Shown: positions 7,510-16,186 of the stretch, one piece after another
Layout: the number at the start of each line of letters is the position of its first letter
Position numbering within the stretch: position 1 is the stretch's first letter
IMG/VR virus record: IMGVR_UViG_3300012940_000073
Location: 1 to 32,003 of that record
Source of the DNA: a virus
Taxonomy: Duplodnaviria; Caudoviricetes
Reading direction: 5' to 3' (one strand)
DNA: 32,003 bases
Notes under the pieces: generated by a model
Database searches by the model: none
What the model was told of the DNA's origin: nothing
What the model saw: only the letters and a program-made list of their open reading frames with translations
Program-made: the position numbers and the translations under genes

Positions 7510-8875
7510 GTACACGTTTCCGCGTTACCAGACGGCGCGTCATCACAGGATCATTGCCGGGCAGCTTGAGAGGGTAGAGCGAGGCGAGATTGATCGCCTG
7601 ATGCTCTTGGTGCCGCCAAGGCACGGGAAATCGGAGCTGGCCTCCAAGCGGCTTCCGGCTTGGTATCTCGGCAGACAGCCGCACAAGCAATTCCTGAGCG
7701 TGTCGGCCACCGAGGGGTTGGCGTCCGACTTCGGGCGCGAAGTCCGAAACATCATCAGCGGCCCGGAATACCGGGCGGTGTTTGACACGAGGCTGGCTGA
7801 GGATAGCCAGGCCAAGGGTAAGTGGCACACGTCGGCCGGCGGGGTTTACTACGCGCTCGGCATCGGCGGCTCGGTTCTTGGTCGCGGCGGCGATGTGATC
7901 CTGATCGATGATCCATATTCATCGATGCAGGACGCGCTGTCCGAACTGTCGCGTAAGACCGTGTGGGACTGGTACACGGGCACGGCGTACAACCGCCTTA
8001 TGCCCGGCGGCGCGATTGTGGTCATCAATCACCGCATGCATGAGGATGACCTGTGTGGTCGGCTCTTGGCCCAGCAGGCGGCCGGCGGCGACAAGTGGGA
8101 AGTGGTCGAGCTTCCAGCCCTCAGTGAGGAGGGTGAGGCGCTTTGGCCTGAGGCGTACCCGCTAAAGGCGCTGGAGCGCATTCGCAAGAACTCGCAGGCG
8201 CGCTTCTGGTCCGCTTTGTACCAACAGAGGCCGGCTCCAGACGACGGCGACTATTTCAGAGCCGAGTGGCTGCGGCCTTACGAGAAAGCGCCCGCGCGGG
8301 AGACGCTGCGGGTTTACGGCGGCTCGGACTACGCGGTGACGGCGGACGGCGGCGACTTCACCGTGCACGTCGTCATCGGGTTGGATCCCGAAGGCCGGAT
8401 GTACTTGCTCGACCTCTGGCGCAAGCAAGCCTCGTCAGACGAGTGGATTGAGGCCTTTTGCGACCTGGTGATGAAGTGGAAGCCCATGGGCTGGGCTGAG
8501 GAGCAGGGGCAGATCAAAGTGGGCGTCGGCCCGTTCCTCGATCGCAGACAGCGAGAGCGCCGCGCCTATGTGGTGCGCGAGGCGTTCCCAACGCGTGGCG
8601 ACAAGGCGGTCAGAGCACAGTCCATTCGCGGCAGGATGGCGCTGGAGGGGCTTTACGTGCCGGTTGGCGCGGATTGGTGGCCTGCGCTGCGGAGCGAGCT
8701 GCTGAGCTTCCCCGCCGGCAAGCATGACGATCAGGTGGACGCGCTGGGCCTTGTCGGCCAGCTCTTGGACAAGATGGTCGCGGGCAACAAGCCGCGCCCG
8801 GCGGAGAAGCCGCGCCGCGACCGATGGGATGACGCCTTTGACGATGACGACGCGTCGAATTGGAAAGTATCGTGA
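7448..8875 (+). CDS. terL: Terminase large subunit
   Basis: Walker A PPRHGKSE, Walker B ILIDDP, nuclease GSD...DFT and HDDQVDAL. Start could be 7436 or 7379. Confidence 0.95.
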   Translation: MAAQELLRRKDAAENLIAFTEYTFPRYQTARHHRIIAGQLERVERGEIDRLMLLVPPRHGKSELASKRLPAWYLGRQPHKQFLSVSATEGLASDFGREVRNIISGPEYRAVFDTRLAEDSQAKGKWHTSAGGVYYALGIGGSVLGRGGDVILIDDPYSSMQDALSELSRKTVWDWYTGTAYNRLMPGGAIVVINHRMHEDDLCGRLLAQQAAGGDKWEVVELPALSEEGEALWPEAYPLKALERIRKNSQARFWSALYQQRPAPDDGDYFRAEWLRPYEKAPARETLRVYGGSDYAVTADGGDFTVHVVIGLDPEGRMYLLDLWRKQASSDEWIEAFCDLVMKWKPMGWAEEQGQIKVGVGPFLDRRQRERRAYVVREAFPTRGDKAVRAQSIRGRMALEGLYVPVGADWWPALRSELLSFPAGKHDDQVDALGLVGQLLDKMVAGNKPRPAEKPRRDRWDDAFDDDDASNWKVS

Positions 8876-10881
8876 TGGCTGAGACCACCCCCACGTCAGA
8901 GCAGAAGGCCGAAAATGACGGCATGCTCGACGTGGGCGACCTCGTGCGCATGTTCGAGGATTCGGAGGAGGCGACGCAAGAGGCGCGTGGCCTGGCCGAG
9001 CGCGATCGCGACTATTACGACAACATCCAGTTCACGGATGAGGAGCTTGTCACACTGCGCAAGCGCGGCCAGCCGCCGGTCATCGATAACCGGATCAAGA
9101 CCAAGATTGACTATCTGATCGGCATGGAGAAGTCGCAGCGGATCAAACCGCGCGCTCTCCCGCGCACGCCTGCCCACGAAGACGACGCGGACGGCGCCAG
9201 CCAAGCGCTCGATTACGTGGCCGACACGGAGGACTACAACTCGAAGCGCTCCGGTGTTTGGCGCAATCTGCTTATCGAGGGCTCGGGCGGCATCTCGGTT
9301 GCGGTCGAGATAGGGCGCGACGGCCCGGAGATTAAGCTCCGCCGTTGGTCGTGGGACCGCATGTTTGCCGACCCGCACAGCGCGGAAGCGGACTATTCGG
9401 ACGCGGGTTATTTGGGTGGCGTGATCTGGATGGATTACGACGATGCCCTTGCGCAGTACCCGGACGGCAAGGACATCCTCGACGCGACGATGACGGAGCG
9501 CGCGTCGCTGTCCCAGACGTATGACGACAAGCCGAAGTTCCGCGTCTGGGCCGATAGCAAGCGCCGCCGCGTTCGTATCGTGCAAATCTGGGTCAAGCGC
9601 GACAACCAGTGGTACTTCGCCGAGTTCACCAAGGGCGGCATTCTGAAGGCCGGCCCCTCGCCTTACGTTGACGACAAGGGCGAGTCCGAGTGCGAGATGA
9701 TCTTCCAGTCGGCCTACGTGAACCGCGAGAATGAGCGGTACGGCCTGGTGCGGGAGATGGTTTCGCTTCAGGACGCGATCAACAAGCGCTCCTCCAAATC
9801 GCTGCACCTTTTGAGCGTGGCGCAGACGATCTATGAGGATGGCGCGATTGAAGACATCCAGACGTTCCGGCGCGAGCGGGCCAAGCCGGACGGCACGATG
9901 AAGGTTGCGCCCGGGGCGCTGGCGAACAATCAGATCAAAACCGATTTTCAGACGGACTTGGCGGCGAGCCACTTCCAGCTGCTGCAAGATGCGAAGAACT
10001 CGATTGATCTGAAGGGCCCGAACGCCACGATGATGGGCGACAAGGCGCAGGGGTCGTCATCGGCATCCGGCCGCGCGATCATTGCGAGCCAGCAAGGCGG
10101 CATGATCCAGCTCGGCGACCTCATGGATAATCTGCGCCATCTGGACAAGCGCGTGTTCCGGGCGATCTGGAGCCGAATTCGTCAGTTCTGGACCGGGGAG
10201 AAGTGGATTCGCGTCACGGACGATGAGCGGAACGTCAAGTGGGTCGCGATGAACGTTGACCCGCGCCAAATTCAGATGGCGATGCAGCAAAATCCGCAGA
10301 TGGCTGAGAAGATCGCGGGCGCCATCGGTAATGTGGCCGAGTTGGATTGCGACATCATCATCGATGAGGTGCCGGATTCGACGGTGCCGCAGCTTGAGCA
10401 GTTCCAGACCCTGGCCGAGCTGAAGAAGTTCGACACGGGTAATGAAATTCCCTTCCGCGCCATCGTAGCGGCCGTGCCGAACCTGAAGGATCGCCAGGCC
10501 TTCCTGCAGATGATGGATAAGCGGGCGGAGGAGAACGCCAAGGCCAACCAAGTCGCGGAGCAGTTGAAAATGCGCGGCGCCGTCGCCGAGGTGACGGACA
10601 AGGAACAGTCCGCGTTCCAGAAGAAGACGGCTGGCATTCTCAACCTCGCCAGAGCGCAAGAGGCCGGCACACCGGAGGCGCCGCAGGTGGGCGAGCCGCA
10701 GTTGCCGATGGATATCCAGGCGGCGCAGGCATTGGCCGACGTGGACGCGACGCGCGCAACTGCGGACCACAAGCGGGCGCAGGCCGCCAAGACGATGCAG
10801 GATATGGCCCTCGCACCGCGCCAGATGGCGCATCAGATGGATATGGACCGGGCGCAGCGTAACCAGCCGCAGCCCGCGTAA
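8875..10881 (+). CDS. Portal protein, P22-like
   Basis: 668 aa after terL; DYYDNIQF, RGQPPVIDNRIK, YGLVREMVSLQDAINKR, SGRAI motifs; TGATG coupling. Confidence 0.92.
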   Translation: MAETTPTSEQKAENDGMLDVGDLVRMFEDSEEATQEARGLAERDRDYYDNIQFTDEELVTLRKRGQPPVIDNRIKTKIDYLIGMEKSQRIKPRALPRTPAHEDDADGASQALDYVADTEDYNSKRSGVWRNLLIEGSGGISVAVEIGRDGPEIKLRRWSWDRMFADPHSAEADYSDAGYLGGVIWMDYDDALAQYPDGKDILDATMTERASLSQTYDDKPKFRVWADSKRRRVRIVQIWVKRDNQWYFAEFTKGGILKAGPSPYVDDKGESECEMIFQSAYVNRENERYGLVREMVSLQDAINKRSSKSLHLLSVAQTIYEDGAIEDIQTFRRERAKPDGTMKVAPGALANNQIKTDFQTDLAASHFQLLQDAKNSIDLKGPNATMMGDKAQGSSSASGRAIIASQQGGMIQLGDLMDNLRHLDKRVFRAIWSRIRQFWTGEKWIRVTDDERNVKWVAMNVDPRQIQMAMQQNPQMAEKIAGAIGNVAELDCDIIIDEVPDSTVPQLEQFQTLAELKKFDTGNEIPFRAIVAAVPNLKDRQAFLQMMDKRAEENAKANQVAEQLKMRGAVAEVTDKEQSAFQKKTAGILNLARAQEAGTPEAPQVGEPQLPMDIQAAQALADVDATRATADHKRAQAAKTMQDMALAPRQMAHQMDMDRAQRNQPQPA

Positions 10882-10965
10882 GGATTCCCGCCGCCGGGGT
10901 TACGGGCGACACGAGCCGCCATCGTCAAGGGCGAGCGTGACTAACCACGAAAACTAGGACGCTAC

Positions 10966-11787
10966 ATGGAACCGCTGGAGAACATCCTGGCCGGTAAAGG
11001 CGAAGCTGCGCCCGCGCCGGAAAAGCCTGAAGCTGTACAGCCGCAACCCGGACCGCCTGTGAGCCCTCAGCCGCAGGAAGGCGGCGAGCCGCATGACGAA
11101 GTGATCGAAACGGACGGGAAAAAGCTTGTCCCGCTCGAAGCGCTCACGGCGGCGCGCGGCAAGGCGAAACGCTACACCGAACAGGTCGCTGACTTTGAAA
11201 AGCGCGTCGGTACGCTTACCGAGCAAAACGCGCACCTGTCCCGGCAGGTATCGGAGTTGCTGCAACGCATTCCGACGCCGCAACAGCCACAGCAACAGGC
11301 GCCTGACTTCTTCGAAAACCCGGCCGAGGCGACGAAGCATCTCACTTCATCGCTGGTGACGCCGCAATTCGAACAGATCAATCAGGCGATCCAGGAACTG
11401 GCCAAGGAAACCGCGATCGTTCGCTACACCGAAGAAAAGGTTGGCGAAGCCGAGCGGGCATTCATCGGCGCGTTGCAATCGCGCACGCTTGATCCGGCCG
11501 ACTACCAGGCGGTTGTAAACAGCAAGAACCGCTATGCGGCTGCTGTGCAGTGGCACCAGCGCCAGCTTGCGAAGGCAGAAATCGGCGATGACCCTGCCGC
11601 GTTCAAGGCCAGGGTCGAGGCCGAGATTCTTGAGAAGTACGGCCTTAAGCCCGGCGCGGCTCCCGGCAACGGGGGTGCGGCGCCTGCGGTGATGCCGTCC
11701 AATCTCGCGACTGCCCGCAATGTTGGCCAAAGGTCCGGCCCCGCGTGGTCCGGCCCTCCAACGCTCCAAGACATCTTCAAGCGCTAA
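10966..11787 (+). CDS. Capsid scaffolding protein
   Basis: Between portal and capsid; Pro/Glu-rich N-terminus, VPLEAL motif, coiled coil, PDFFENP. Confidence 0.8.
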   Translation: MEPLENILAGKGEAAPAPEKPEAVQPQPGPPVSPQPQEGGEPHDEVIETDGKKLVPLEALTAARGKAKRYTEQVADFEKRVGTLTEQNAHLSRQVSELLQRIPTPQQPQQQAPDFFENPAEATKHLTSSLVTPQFEQINQAIQELAKETAIVRYTEEKVGEAERAFIGALQSRTLDPADYQAVVNSKNRYAAAVQWHQRQLAKAEIGDDPAAFKARVEAEILEKYGLKPGAAPGNGGAAPAVMPSNLATARNVGQRSGPAWSGPPTLQDIFKR

Positions 11788-11860
11788 TCATCGATTGCCC
11801 GCCGTGAGGCGCGCGATCCCAGCGCAGCCGCAGTGATGCGCCTGCCAGAAGGAGAGTCCT

Positions 11861-12988
11861 ATGGCTGACACTCGCGTCGCCTCGGGTCTCACTGTTGAAC
11901 AGTGGGACTCGCAGTTTTTCACCGAGTACCTGACCGAAAACCGCTACAGCGGCGAAATGGGGACCGATGAGTCCTCAATCATCCAGGTCAAGGAAAACCT
12001 GACCAAGAAGAAGGGCGACCGCATCAACTTTGCGCTCGTCAACAAGCTGTCTCAGGACGCCATCACGGGCCGCAATGTCCTTGAAGGCAACGAAGAAGAC
12101 ATGGCTTCGCGCTCCTGCGAGGTCACTGTCGACAAGCGCCGCAACGGCGTGCGCGTGGCGGAGATTGACGAACAGTATTCGGCGATCAGCCTGCGCGATG
12201 CCGGCCGCGCGGTGCTCAAGGACTGGTCTATGAAGGACACCGAGACCTTGATCACCAAGGCGCTCGGCAAGATGGGCGGCATCGATATGACCGCCACCGA
12301 CGTTGCGGCCTCCAGCAACCAGTCGGCGCTGGACAGCTGGCTGGCCACGAACAGCGACCGCGTGTACTTCGGCGGCGCCTCCTATACGGCCTCGTCCGGC
12401 GATCTGTCGGCCGGTCTCGCCACCCTGACGGCGGCGACCGCGACGGAGCGTCTGACGGCGGCGAACGTCTCGGCGATGAAGTTCCTCGCGGAGACCGTCG
12501 CCAACCCGCACATCCGTCCGATCCGGGTGGAGGGCAGCAACGGCCGGCGCTACTACGTCATGTACGCCCATCCGCTTGGCTTCCGGGACCTGAAGAACGA
12601 CAGCGCCATCATCCAGGCCCAGCGCGAAGTCGTGCTGGAGATGGAGAATAACCGCCTGTTCAAGGGCGGCGATCTGCTCTGGGACGGCGTGATCATCAAG
12701 GCCATCCCGGACATGTACAACATCAACACGCTTACCAACCTCGGCGATTCCGGCGCCACGACCGTTGTGCCGGCGTTCCTGGTTGGCGCGCAGGCGGTTG
12801 GTGCGGCCTATGCGAAGCGCTGGACCTCGAAGGAACAGACCTTCGACTACGGCGATAAGCAGGGCGTCGCCATCGAGGCCATCTACGGCATCGATAAGCT
12901 CACGTTCGGCACTGGCACGGGCGACCGTACCTCGCCGAAGGACAACGGCGTCGTGACCGGCTTCTTCGCCGCGTCGGCGGCCAGCTAA
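11861..12988 (+). CDS. Major capsid protein (DUF4043 / N4-gp56-like)
   Basis: LTKKKGDRINFAL, LEGNEE, DYGDKQGVAI, KDNGVV; strong AAGGAG RBS; strongly biased codons. Confidence 0.9.
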   Translation: MADTRVASGLTVEQWDSQFFTEYLTENRYSGEMGTDESSIIQVKENLTKKKGDRINFALVNKLSQDAITGRNVLEGNEEDMASRSCEVTVDKRRNGVRVAEIDEQYSAISLRDAGRAVLKDWSMKDTETLITKALGKMGGIDMTATDVAASSNQSALDSWLATNSDRVYFGGASYTASSGDLSAGLATLTAATATERLTAANVSAMKFLAETVANPHIRPIRVEGSNGRRYYVMYAHPLGFRDLKNDSAIIQAQREVVLEMENNRLFKGGDLLWDGVIIKAIPDMYNINTLTNLGDSGATTVVPAFLVGAQAVGAAYAKRWTSKEQTFDYGDKQGVAIEAIYGIDKLTFGTGTGDRTSPKDNGVVTGFFAASAAS

Positions 12989-13001
12989 GGAGGGCTGAAC
13001 A

Positions 13002-13475
13002 ATGGCTCTTGGAACCGTTTCTTCGGCTCAGTATGCGTCCGGAAAGCCCGTGCCTAGCCACGGCTTCGCCGGCACCGTCAAGTGCGCTTGGGGCACGTAC
13101 AACATGGCGTCGGCCCCGGCGCAGAATGACGTGATCCAGATGTGCCGCACCCCGGCCGGCGCGACCATTCTTGATGTGGTCGTGTATGGCCAGGATATCG
13201 ACACCGGCACCGAGACGCTGGACTTCGATGCCGGCTATTTCGCCAACGGCACCGACAGTGCGGACCCGGATGCGTGGGGCAACTTCGGCGTGGTGACCGG
13301 CGATGCCTTTGGTTCGTCCGAGGCTGGCGTGCGTTGCTTTGCCGGCGGCGTCCTGGCCTCTGGTGGTCCGAAGTCGTTCACGGCCGAGACCGGTCACGGC
13401 ATCACGTTCAATGCCGCCGCGAACGCTGGTGGCACCGGCCGGCTGACGATGCTGGTCTACTACGTCGTTCCGTAA
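13002..13475 (+). CDS. Capsid decoration / minor head protein (putative)
   Basis: AAGGAGG RBS; beta-rich Gly/Ala/Thr protein between capsid gene and terminator. Confidence 0.7.
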   Translation: MALGTVSSAQYASGKPVPSHGFAGTVKCAWGTYNMASAPAQNDVIQMCRTPAGATILDVVVYGQDIDTGTETLDFDAGYFANGTDSADPDAWGNFGVVTGDAFGSSEAGVRCFAGGVLASGGPKSFTAETGHGITFNAAANAGGTGRLTMLVYYVVP

Positions 13476-13481
13476 GCAATC

Positions 13482-13515
13482 AGGGCGGTGGGGAAACCTG
13501 CCGCCCTTTCTTTCT
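13482..13515 (+). terminator. Intrinsic terminator after the head genes
   Basis: AGGGCGG...GAAA...CCGCCCT followed by TTCTTTCT. Confidence 0.7.
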
Positions 13516-13525
13516 CGGGGCGAGC

Positions 13526-13864
13526 ATGACCAAGACGCTCAGCGATCTCAAGACCGAAGCCTTCGGTATCCTGACCGGCAATGATCCGTTCCAGGCCCCG
13601 GCGGTCGAGGAACTGGAGGTCATCGGCATGTATGTTGACCCGCTTCTTGAGCAGCTTTCGCGGGACAACATCGTCACGGTGTCGAATCCCGACGAAATCC
13701 CAGACGCGGTGTTCCTGCCGCTCGCCCGGCTGTTGGCCAATGTCGCCGGGCCTCGCTTTGGCTCTCCCATGAATGAGCAGGCAAAGCAGATTGACGAGCG
13801 CGCGTTGCGTCGTCTCACCGCGACGATCCCGACCTACGAACCGCTGAAAACCGAATACTTCTGA
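13526..13864 (+). CDS. Head-to-tail adaptor (P22 gp4 position)
   Basis: MTKTLSDLKTEAFGIL...IPDAVFLPLARLLA...FG; synteny. Confidence 0.7.
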   Translation: MTKTLSDLKTEAFGILTGNDPFQAPAVEELEVIGMYVDPLLEQLSRDNIVTVSNPDEIPDAVFLPLARLLANVAGPRFGSPMNEQAKQIDERALRRLTATIPTYEPLKTEYF

Positions 13865-15282
13865 TGGTCGCCATCACGTTCCCCGTAGGCACCTATCCGG
13901 GCGCAACGCCGCAGGAAGGCGCGGGGCGCTTGATTAATTGCCGTGCGGAGAAAATCGGCACGGGCGGGCAAGCGGGGGCCGTGCGCCATCGTGTGCCTGG
14001 TTTGAAGCCGTGGGGCACGTCGAGCCTGGAGATATTTCGCGGCTCGCTGCTGAATGGCTCGACGCTTTACGCGGCCTTTGACGGAAAGGTCGTCAAGTTC
14101 ACTACGGCGGGCGGAGACGCCACGCTTGTGGACGACCTCGACGGGACGGATCGCGTTTTCTTCGCCAAGAACAACAAGCGACCAACGGCCGATATCGTCC
14201 TGGTGTGCCAGGCCGGCGTTTTCACGTTGGCGTCGGACTCCATCTCCGACCTGAACGATGCCGACCTGCCGTCGCCGACTTCGGTGTGTTTTCTTGACGG
14301 CTACTTCTTCTTCCCGATTGCGGACGGCAGGTGCTTTGCGTCCGGCCTCAACGCGACGACCATCAACGCGAACGACTTCATCACAACGGAGGCCAAGGCG
14401 GACACGCTGTATCGCGGCATTCCGTGGAACGGCCAACTCCTCCTTTGCGGGTCAGGTTCTATCGAGGTGTGGGCCGGCCAGCCGGTGAACGACACGGGCT
14501 TCCCGTACAACCGCGTGGCGGTCATTCAGCGCGGCATTGCGGGGCAGGGCGCGATCGCGGGCTATGAGGACGGCTTCGGCAAGGCATTGCTGTTCGTCGG
14601 TGACGACAACGCGGTGCACATGCTCAACGGCTACACGCCGCAGAAGGTGTCCACGTCTGACCTGGACCGCTTGATTGAGGCGGTTGAGGACAAGAACACG
14701 CTGGAGGCCAGCGTCTACATCTCCGGGGGGCACGCGATCTGGAGCCTGTCGTCTCAGGATTGGACTTGGGAGTACGATCTGAGCACGCAGGAATGGAACG
14801 AGCGGGCGAGCTATCTGACCAACAGGTGGCGCGGCTCACGCTCGTTCTACGCCTTCGGCAAGTGGCTGTGCGGGGATCTTGATAGCGGCGATATCGGAGA
14901 AATCACGCGTTCCGTGCACACGGAGTTCGGCCAGCCGCTCATTGCGGAGTGCTGGAGCTTGCCGGTGCAAGGCTTCCCCAACCGCGTGAGGGTCGGGCGC
15001 GCCGATTTCAATTTCTCTCCCGGCGTCGGTTTGCTCACGGGCTCCGATCCGAACGAGACGGACCCGCAGGTTGAAATTTCGCACAGCGACGATGGGGGCT
15101 ATACGTTTTCGCCCCCCAGGCTTCGAGCACTGGGCCGTCAAGGCAAGCCCCGCGCACGAGTGAGTCTGTTCAACAATGGCATGAGCGGGCCGCAAGGGCG
15201 CATCTGGAAGGTGCGGATGTCTGACCCACGGCATTTCGGCCTGATGTCGGGCGAGATGACGGCGGCTTTGGTGGCTGGCTGA
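13864..15282 (+). CDS. Tail hub / DNA stabilization protein (P22 gp10-like)
   Basis: 472 aa beta-propeller-like; FLDGYFFF, SIEVW, TWEYDLSTQEW, SDDGGYTF motifs. Confidence 0.88.
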   Translation: MVAITFPVGTYPGATPQEGAGRLINCRAEKIGTGGQAGAVRHRVPGLKPWGTSSLEIFRGSLLNGSTLYAAFDGKVVKFTTAGGDATLVDDLDGTDRVFFAKNNKRPTADIVLVCQAGVFTLASDSISDLNDADLPSPTSVCFLDGYFFFPIADGRCFASGLNATTINANDFITTEAKADTLYRGIPWNGQLLLCGSGSIEVWAGQPVNDTGFPYNRVAVIQRGIAGQGAIAGYEDGFGKALLFVGDDNAVHMLNGYTPQKVSTSDLDRLIEAVEDKNTLEASVYISGGHAIWSLSSQDWTWEYDLSTQEWNERASYLTNRWRGSRSFYAFGKWLCGDLDSGDIGEITRSVHTEFGQPLIAECWSLPVQGFPNRVRVGRADFNFSPGVGLLTGSDPNETDPQVEISHSDDGGYTFSPPRLRALGRQGKPRARVSLFNNGMSGPQGRIWKVRMSDPRHFGLMSGEMTAALVAG

Positions 15283-15485
15283 TGGCGACGCTCCGCAAGA
15301 TGCCGTCTCAGGCTGTGCCGGTCATCGATATGCGCACCGGGACCATGACGCCCGAATGGTACCTCTACTTTTCCTCGCGTGAGAAGGCGGAGCTTTCGAA
15401 CCTGGCCGATGTGTCGAGCGCGACGCCGGCCAATGGCAACAAGCTGACTTGGAACAGCACGACTAAGACTTGGGGTCCCGCATGA
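15282..15485 (+). CDS. Short tail needle/plug-like protein (gp26 position)
   Basis: GTMTPEWYLYF N-terminal motif; translationally coupled on both sides. Confidence 0.65.
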   Translation: MATLRKMPSQAVPVIDMRTGTMTPEWYLYFSSREKAELSNLADVSSATPANGNKLTWNSTTKTWGPA

Positions 15486-16183
15486 GCTTGTTTGGCGATA
15501 TCTTCGGCGGCGACTCCGCAAAGGAAGCCGCAGAAAAGAACAGCGCGCGGCTTGATGACCTGCAGCGCAAGGGCATGGGCTGGCTGGATGACGCCAAGTC
15601 CGGCGCGTTGGGCTCGCTGGACCAGGCTATTGCGGCGTATGCGCCCGTCACGGCGCTTGGCAACAAGTACAACGTTGCCGGGGATATGCTGCTCAACGCC
15701 CTCGGGCTCAACGGCGCGGCCGGCAATGAAGCGGCGGTTGGGGCGTTTCGCTCGAGCCCCGGCTATGACTTCAAGGTCAACCAGGCGCTGGACGCCTTGG
15801 ATAGGCGCGCGGCCTCGCGCGGGATGCTCGCCAGCGGAAACAACACGCTGGATACGCTTGGCGTCGTCCATGGCCTCGCGGACCAGGATTATCAGAACTG
15901 GCTGACCAGCCTGTCCGGTCTCACCACGCTCGGCGCGAATGAGACCAATGCCGGCGCGGCGGGCACGGCGACCTATAGCGCAGCAAAGGCTCCGATCTAT
16001 ACGAATGATGCGACCAGCCGCATAAATTTGATGAGCGGCGTCACGAGCGGCCTTAACGATCAGGAGACGCAGGCGGCCAACGCGAAAATGCAGGGCGCAA
16101 GCAACCTGATGTCTCTGGGCAAGAACTTGCTCGGGTCGGCATTCTCCTTCGCGAGCGGCAGCCCGAACATGCTGGGGGGCTAA
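15482..16183 (+). CDS. DNA ejection protein 1 (P22 gp7-like)
   Basis: MSLFGDIFGG start; SPGYDF...AASRGMLASGNNT motif; Ala/Gly/Asn-rich. Confidence 0.8.
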   Translation: MSLFGDIFGGDSAKEAAEKNSARLDDLQRKGMGWLDDAKSGALGSLDQAIAAYAPVTALGNKYNVAGDMLLNALGLNGAAGNEAAVGAFRSSPGYDFKVNQALDALDRRAASRGMLASGNNTLDTLGVVHGLADQDYQNWLTSLSGLTTLGANETNAGAAGTATYSAAKAPIYTNDATSRINLMSGVTSGLNDQETQAANAKMQGASNLMSLGKNLLGSAFSFASGSPNMLGG

Positions 16184-16186
16184 GAA

